Source: Acidimicrobiaceae bacterium (GTDB lineage: Bacteria; Actinomycetota; Acidimicrobiia; Acidimicrobiales; Aldehydirespiratoraceae). Taken from it: a stretch of 64,000 nt of DNA. The DNA lies in contig VXTM01000004.1 in assembly GCA_009837445.1 (NCBI GenBank), positions 4,642 to 68,641 on the forward strand, in the 5' to 3' direction. Shown here piece after piece: positions 60,152 to 64,000 of this stretch; the first letter of the stretch is position 1; each line of letters starts with the position of its first letter. The position numbers were made by a program, and so were the translations under genes. The notes beneath the pieces were generated by a model that saw only the letters and a list, made by a program, of their open reading frames with translations, did not search any database and was not told the DNA's origin.

Positions 60152-61788
60152 CCACCATGACCGGCGGGGAGGCCGCGGTCGCGGCTCTCCGGGCACTCGG
60201 CGTCGACACCGTCTTCGGGATCGTGAGCGTGCACAACATCCCGATCCTCGACGCCGTCTCGCAGACTCCGGGAATGGAGCTGGTCGGCTGCCGCCACGAG
60301 CAGGGCGCCGTCCACGCGGCCGACGGCTTCGCCCGGGCCACGGGCCGTCTCGGAGTGTGCGTGACCAGTACCGGGCCGGGCGCGGCCAACGCCATGGGCG
60401 GGCTGTATGAGGCGAGCTACGCCTCGTCACCGGTCCTGATGCTCACCGGCCAGGTGGAGTCCTACCAGTACGGCCGGGACCGCAGCGCGCTGCACCAGGC
60501 CGACCAGCAACTGGACATGCTGCGCACCGTCACCAAGCGCTCCGACCATGTGGCCGACCACGGTGACATCGCTGGAGTCGTGCTGGTCGCGGCCGCCGAG
60601 GCCCTCTCCGGACGACCGGGACCCGCCGCGGTGCAGATCCCTATCGACCTGCAGTACGGCCGCGGCGAGGTGGGTGAGCTGGCGGTCATCCCGCCCCGGC
60701 TGGAGGCGCCGGAGGCCGCCCTGGTTGACGCCGCGGCCAACCTGCTGGACAACGCAGCCCGGCCGCTGATCATCGCCGGCGGCGGCGTGGTGCGGGCGGG
60801 CGCCGGCCGGCAACTGACGTCCCTGGCCGAGCGCCTGGTCGCACCGGTGCTCACGACCGTGGAGGGCCGCGGCTCGATCTCCGAGGACCACCGGCTGTGC
60901 CTGGGCCCCAACACCGACCTGACGGCCATGGATCCGGTGATCGCCGGCGCCGACGTCGTGCTAGCGGTGGGGACCCGCTTCCAGCAGAACAACAACATCC
61001 ACAAGTGGCTGACCATCCCCGGCCGGCTGGTGCACCTCGACGCCGATGCCGCCATGATCGGTCGGATCCATCCCGCCGAGGTCGGGCTGGTCGGCGACGC
61101 CTGCCTCGGCCTGGAGGCGCTGCAGGCCGCGGTGGCCGGGCCGGCCCGCGACGGCACATGGTCCGAGGACTGCGGCCGGATCCGGGACGAGGCCGTGGCC
61201 GCCGGTCGGGAGTCCCTCGGCCCCGACCTGCTGGCGATCATGGATGCCATGGACGAGATCCTTCCTGAAGGTGCGATCGTGGCCAAGGACGCCACCGTCT
61301 CCGCCTACCAGTGGGGCAACCGTCTCCTCCCCGTACGCCAGGCCCGCAGCGCCATGCGTCCGGTGTCGATGGCCATCGGTCCCGGCGTTCCGCTCGCCGT
61401 CGGCGCCGCCGTCGGCTCGGGACAGCCCACGGTGGTCATCCAGGGCGACGGCGGGCTCATGCTGAGCCTCGGTGAGCTCGCCACTGCGGTGCAGCTGGAC
61501 CTGCCGCTGGTTGTATGCGTCTTCAACGACCGGGGCTACGGGATCCTGCGGTTCATCCAGGACTTGGTGGTCGAGGGCCGCCGAACCGGCGTCGACCTGG
61601 CCACCCCCCGGTTCGCGCCGCTGGCCGGGGCGATGGGGATGCGCTCGGCCGAGGTCTCCAACCCCGACGGGTTCGCCCGGGCTTTCTCCGAGGCGATCGC
61701 AGCCGGCGGCCCGTGGCTGCTCGACATCGACCTCACGGCCATGGCCCCCATGACCATCCTCCCCCAGCGCCGTCCCGAGCGGACCTGA
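60148..61788 (+). CDS. thiamine-diphosphate-dependent enzyme (acetolactate synthase/oxalyl-CoA decarboxylase/2-hydroxyacyl-CoA lyase superfamily)
   Basis: ATGA overlap with the upstream gene. GGEAAVAALRALGVDTVFG, TSTGPGAANAMGG, and GDGGLMLSLGELATA...NDRGYG ThDP motif. Confidence 0.9.
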   Translation: MTTMTGGEAAVAALRALGVDTVFGIVSVHNIPILDAVSQTPGMELVGCRHEQGAVHAADGFARATGRLGVCVTSTGPGAANAMGGLYEASYASSPVLMLTGQVESYQYGRDRSALHQADQQLDMLRTVTKRSDHVADHGDIAGVVLVAAAEALSGRPGPAAVQIPIDLQYGRGEVGELAVIPPRLEAPEAALVDAAANLLDNAARPLIIAGGGVVRAGAGRQLTSLAERLVAPVLTTVEGRGSISEDHRLCLGPNTDLTAMDPVIAGADVVLAVGTRFQQNNNIHKWLTIPGRLVHLDADAAMIGRIHPAEVGLVGDACLGLEALQAAVAGPARDGTWSEDCGRIRDEAVAAGRESLGPDLLAIMDAMDEILPEGAIVAKDATVSAYQWGNRLLPVRQARSAMRPVSMAIGPGVPLAVGAAVGSGQPTVVIQGDGGLMLSLGELATAVQLDLPLVVCVFNDRGYGILRFIQDLVVEGRRTGVDLATPRFAPLAGAMGMRSAEVSNPDGFARAFSEAIAAGGPWLLDIDLTAMAPMTILPQRRPERT

Positions 61789-61811
61789 CCGGGAGCGCTT
61801 TCTCCGCCGGG

Positions 61812-62402
61812 CTACCGCGTCAGGCGCGAGTACACGGCGAGCGCATCGCCAGCCGCCTCGGGGTCGGCTTCGATGCCGAGACTCTGCAGCGTCCGTGCGA
61901 CGCAGACATAGAACGAGGTGGTGAGGATCAACTCGATGCACTCTCCCGCCGAGAAGAACTCCCGCAGCCTGCCGATCGAGCCGGGCGAGGCGCCGCCATC
62001 GAGGACGATCTCACCGGCGCAGGCCAGCGCAGCCCGCTCGGCCGCGGAGAACTCCGGGGAACCCTCCCAGTCACCGAGCGCCTCGAGTTGGGCCTCGGTC
62101 ACGCCGGCCCGGACCGCGGCCGGCCAATGGGCCTGCCACTCGAACGACGAGCGGGTCAGCAACGCCGTCCGCATGATCAGAAGCTCTCGCAGTCCCCGAT
62201 CGGTCTCGGGCTCCGAACGCAGAGGCCATGCCATCTGCACCCAGGCGTCGAGCATGGCGGGAGCGTTTCCGAGCATCCGGTACAGCAGCGGCACCTCGCG
62301 GCCCCGGTCGCGGAAACCGTCGAACACCCGGTTGAGCACTGGATGGTCGATGTCGGCGTCGACCGGCTCGATCGGCGATACATCACGACTGGGCTGGGTC
62401 AC
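61812..62402 (-). CDS. carboxymuconolactone decarboxylase (AhpD-like) family protein
   Basis: LIMRTALLTRSSFEWQAHWPAAVRAGV and ELILTTSFYVCV, typical of CMD-family helices. GTG start at 62402. Confidence 0.8.
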   Translation of the reverse strand: MTQPSRDVSPIEPVDADIDHPVLNRVFDGFRDRGREVPLLYRMLGNAPAMLDAWVQMAWPLRSEPETDRGLRELLIMRTALLTRSSFEWQAHWPAAVRAGVTEAQLEALGDWEGSPEFSAAERAALACAGEIVLDGGASPGSIGRLREFFSAGECIELILTTSFYVCVARTLQSLGIEADPEAAGDALAVYSRLTR

Positions 62403-62409
62403 GGGCCAC

Positions 62410-62425
62410 TATTTAGCACACTGAT
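62410..62425. promoter_or_regulatory. AT-rich box; on the minus strand it reads ATCAGTGTGCTAAATA, with TGcTAAATA ending 7 nt before the GTG of the CMD gene (leaderless-type)
   Basis: 13 nt (CAGTGTGCTAAAT) are identical to 19889-19901. It lies in the divergent region between the CMD and SDR genes. Confidence 0.5.
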
Positions 62426-62481
62426 TAGGATGAACCTGTGCCACTGTGTTGGGACGGAGCCGAGATCGCGACGGTGACTGC

Positions 62482-63192
62482 ATGAGCCTGGAGGGCAGGT
62501 CGGTCCTGATTCTCGGGGGGACGTCGGGAATGGGGCTGGAGACGGCTCTGGCGGCCCGCCGGGCCGGAGCCGATGTCGCCATCGTGGGACGCGACCCGGC
62601 CAAGGCCGAAAACGCCCGCCGGGCAATCGGCGAGGCCACGGTCTGCGGGGTGCTCGACGCTCGCGACACGGGCGCCCTGGCCACCTTCGCCGGCGGGCTC
62701 GACGCCATCGACCATGTGGTCTCGTTCACCGGCGACCAGCCGGCCGCCCCTCTCGCCGACGCCGATCACGACATGTTCACCTCGGCGTTCGAGGCCCGGG
62801 TCTGGGCCGCCCGCAACGCCTGCGCCGTCGCAGCACCCCGGATGCCGCCGGACGGCTCCTTCGTGTTCTGCTCGGGCCTGTCGGCGTTGAGGCCGCGGCC
62901 CGGCCGCTCCGCCGGGGCGGTGGCCACCGCCGCGCTCGAGTCGTTCTGCCGAGCCATGGCCGTCGAGCTGGCGCCGCTGCGGGTCAACGCCATCTGCCCG
63001 GGTGCCTTCGGCACCGACGTCCTTCGGCGGGCCCTGGGCAACGAGGCGGCCGTCGAGCGCTTGGCCTCGGCTATCCCGCTGGGCCGCGTCGGCGATCCCG
63101 CCGAGATCGCTCACGCCGTCATGTTCCTGCTGACCAACACCTACACCACCGGCACGACGCTCCGGGTCGACGGCGGCTTCGCCCTCACGTGA
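62482..63192 (+). CDS. SDR-family oxidoreductase
   Basis: The ATG at 62482 lies inside ORF 62446..63192. ILGGTSGMGLETA Rossmann motif and a C-terminal TGTTLRVDGG. Confidence 0.85.
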   Translation: MSLEGRSVLILGGTSGMGLETALAARRAGADVAIVGRDPAKAENARRAIGEATVCGVLDARDTGALATFAGGLDAIDHVVSFTGDQPAAPLADADHDMFTSAFEARVWAARNACAVAAPRMPPDGSFVFCSGLSALRPRPGRSAGAVATAALESFCRAMAVELAPLRVNAICPGAFGTDVLRRALGNEAAVERLASAIPLGRVGDPAEIAHAVMFLLTNTYTTGTTLRVDGGFALT

Positions 63193-63194
63193 TC

Positions 63195-64000
<806 letters not shown>

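Noticed and set aside
50709-61788. Calling the ACAD/crotonase cluster a cholesterol or steroid-degradation (KstR-regulon) locus.
   Set aside because: Only the ACAD size pattern is reminiscent. I saw no KstR/KstR2-type operators, no IpdAB-type CoA-transferase, and no Hsa, Kst or Kshs-like genes in the window.

Overview
High-GC, Actinomycetota-like chromosomal segment (roughly 68-72% GC judged by eye from a few lines; not computed). It carries about 52 protein-coding genes, mostly on the + strand, in long operons with ATGA/GTGA start-stop overlaps. I found no rRNA, tRNA, CRISPR array, transposase or integrase.

Layout:
- nt 1-4100: a visibly lower-GC accessory patch. It holds an edge-truncated ORF with a HEPN-like Rx4-6H motif, a small 3-TM protein, about 790 bp of coding-poor DNA with an 18-bp perfect palindrome, a GIY-YIG nuclease-like gene, a tiny HTH gene and a membrane-anchored trypsin-like protease.
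- nt 4.2-19.9 kb: housekeeping and redox genes. These are 1-Cys peroxiredoxin, an enolase-superfamily enzyme, an in-frame pncB-pncA fusion, an ABC exporter, xseA, xseB, a polyprenyl synthase, an FAD oxidase, VOC, SDR, a cupin-rhodanese fusion, an LLM oxidoreductase and a Zn-ADH.
- nt 19.9-50.6 kb: a catabolic/uptake region built around two diverged paralogous LIV-type ABC importer loci.
- nt 50.7-64 kb: a CoA-dependent beta-oxidation-like cluster. It holds a tandem-fused family III CoA-transferase, three full-length plus two short acyl-CoA dehydrogenases, a crotonase, SDRs, a ThDP enzyme, a CMD-family gene and an aldehyde dehydrogenase.

Most unusual observation: in both LIV-type loci the LivF-type ATPase is fused to a full MFS-like 12-TM domain, and LivH+LivM+LivG form a single chain. 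The surrounding genes include substrate-binding proteins, a D-aminoacylase, degenerate alpha/beta-hydrolase-fold proteins, TauD/TfdA dioxygenases, amidohydrolases, a P450 and a BNR propeller.

Other signals:
- a roughly 95-nt element present twice at operon ends
- a family of AT-rich -10-like boxes, including near-identical boxes abutting start codons (likely leaderless transcripts)
- a perfect 16-bp intercistronic hairpin
- a 100% identical 387-bp in-frame tandem duplication in a lipoprotein gene

All family calls come from motif recognition by eye. No database search was run.
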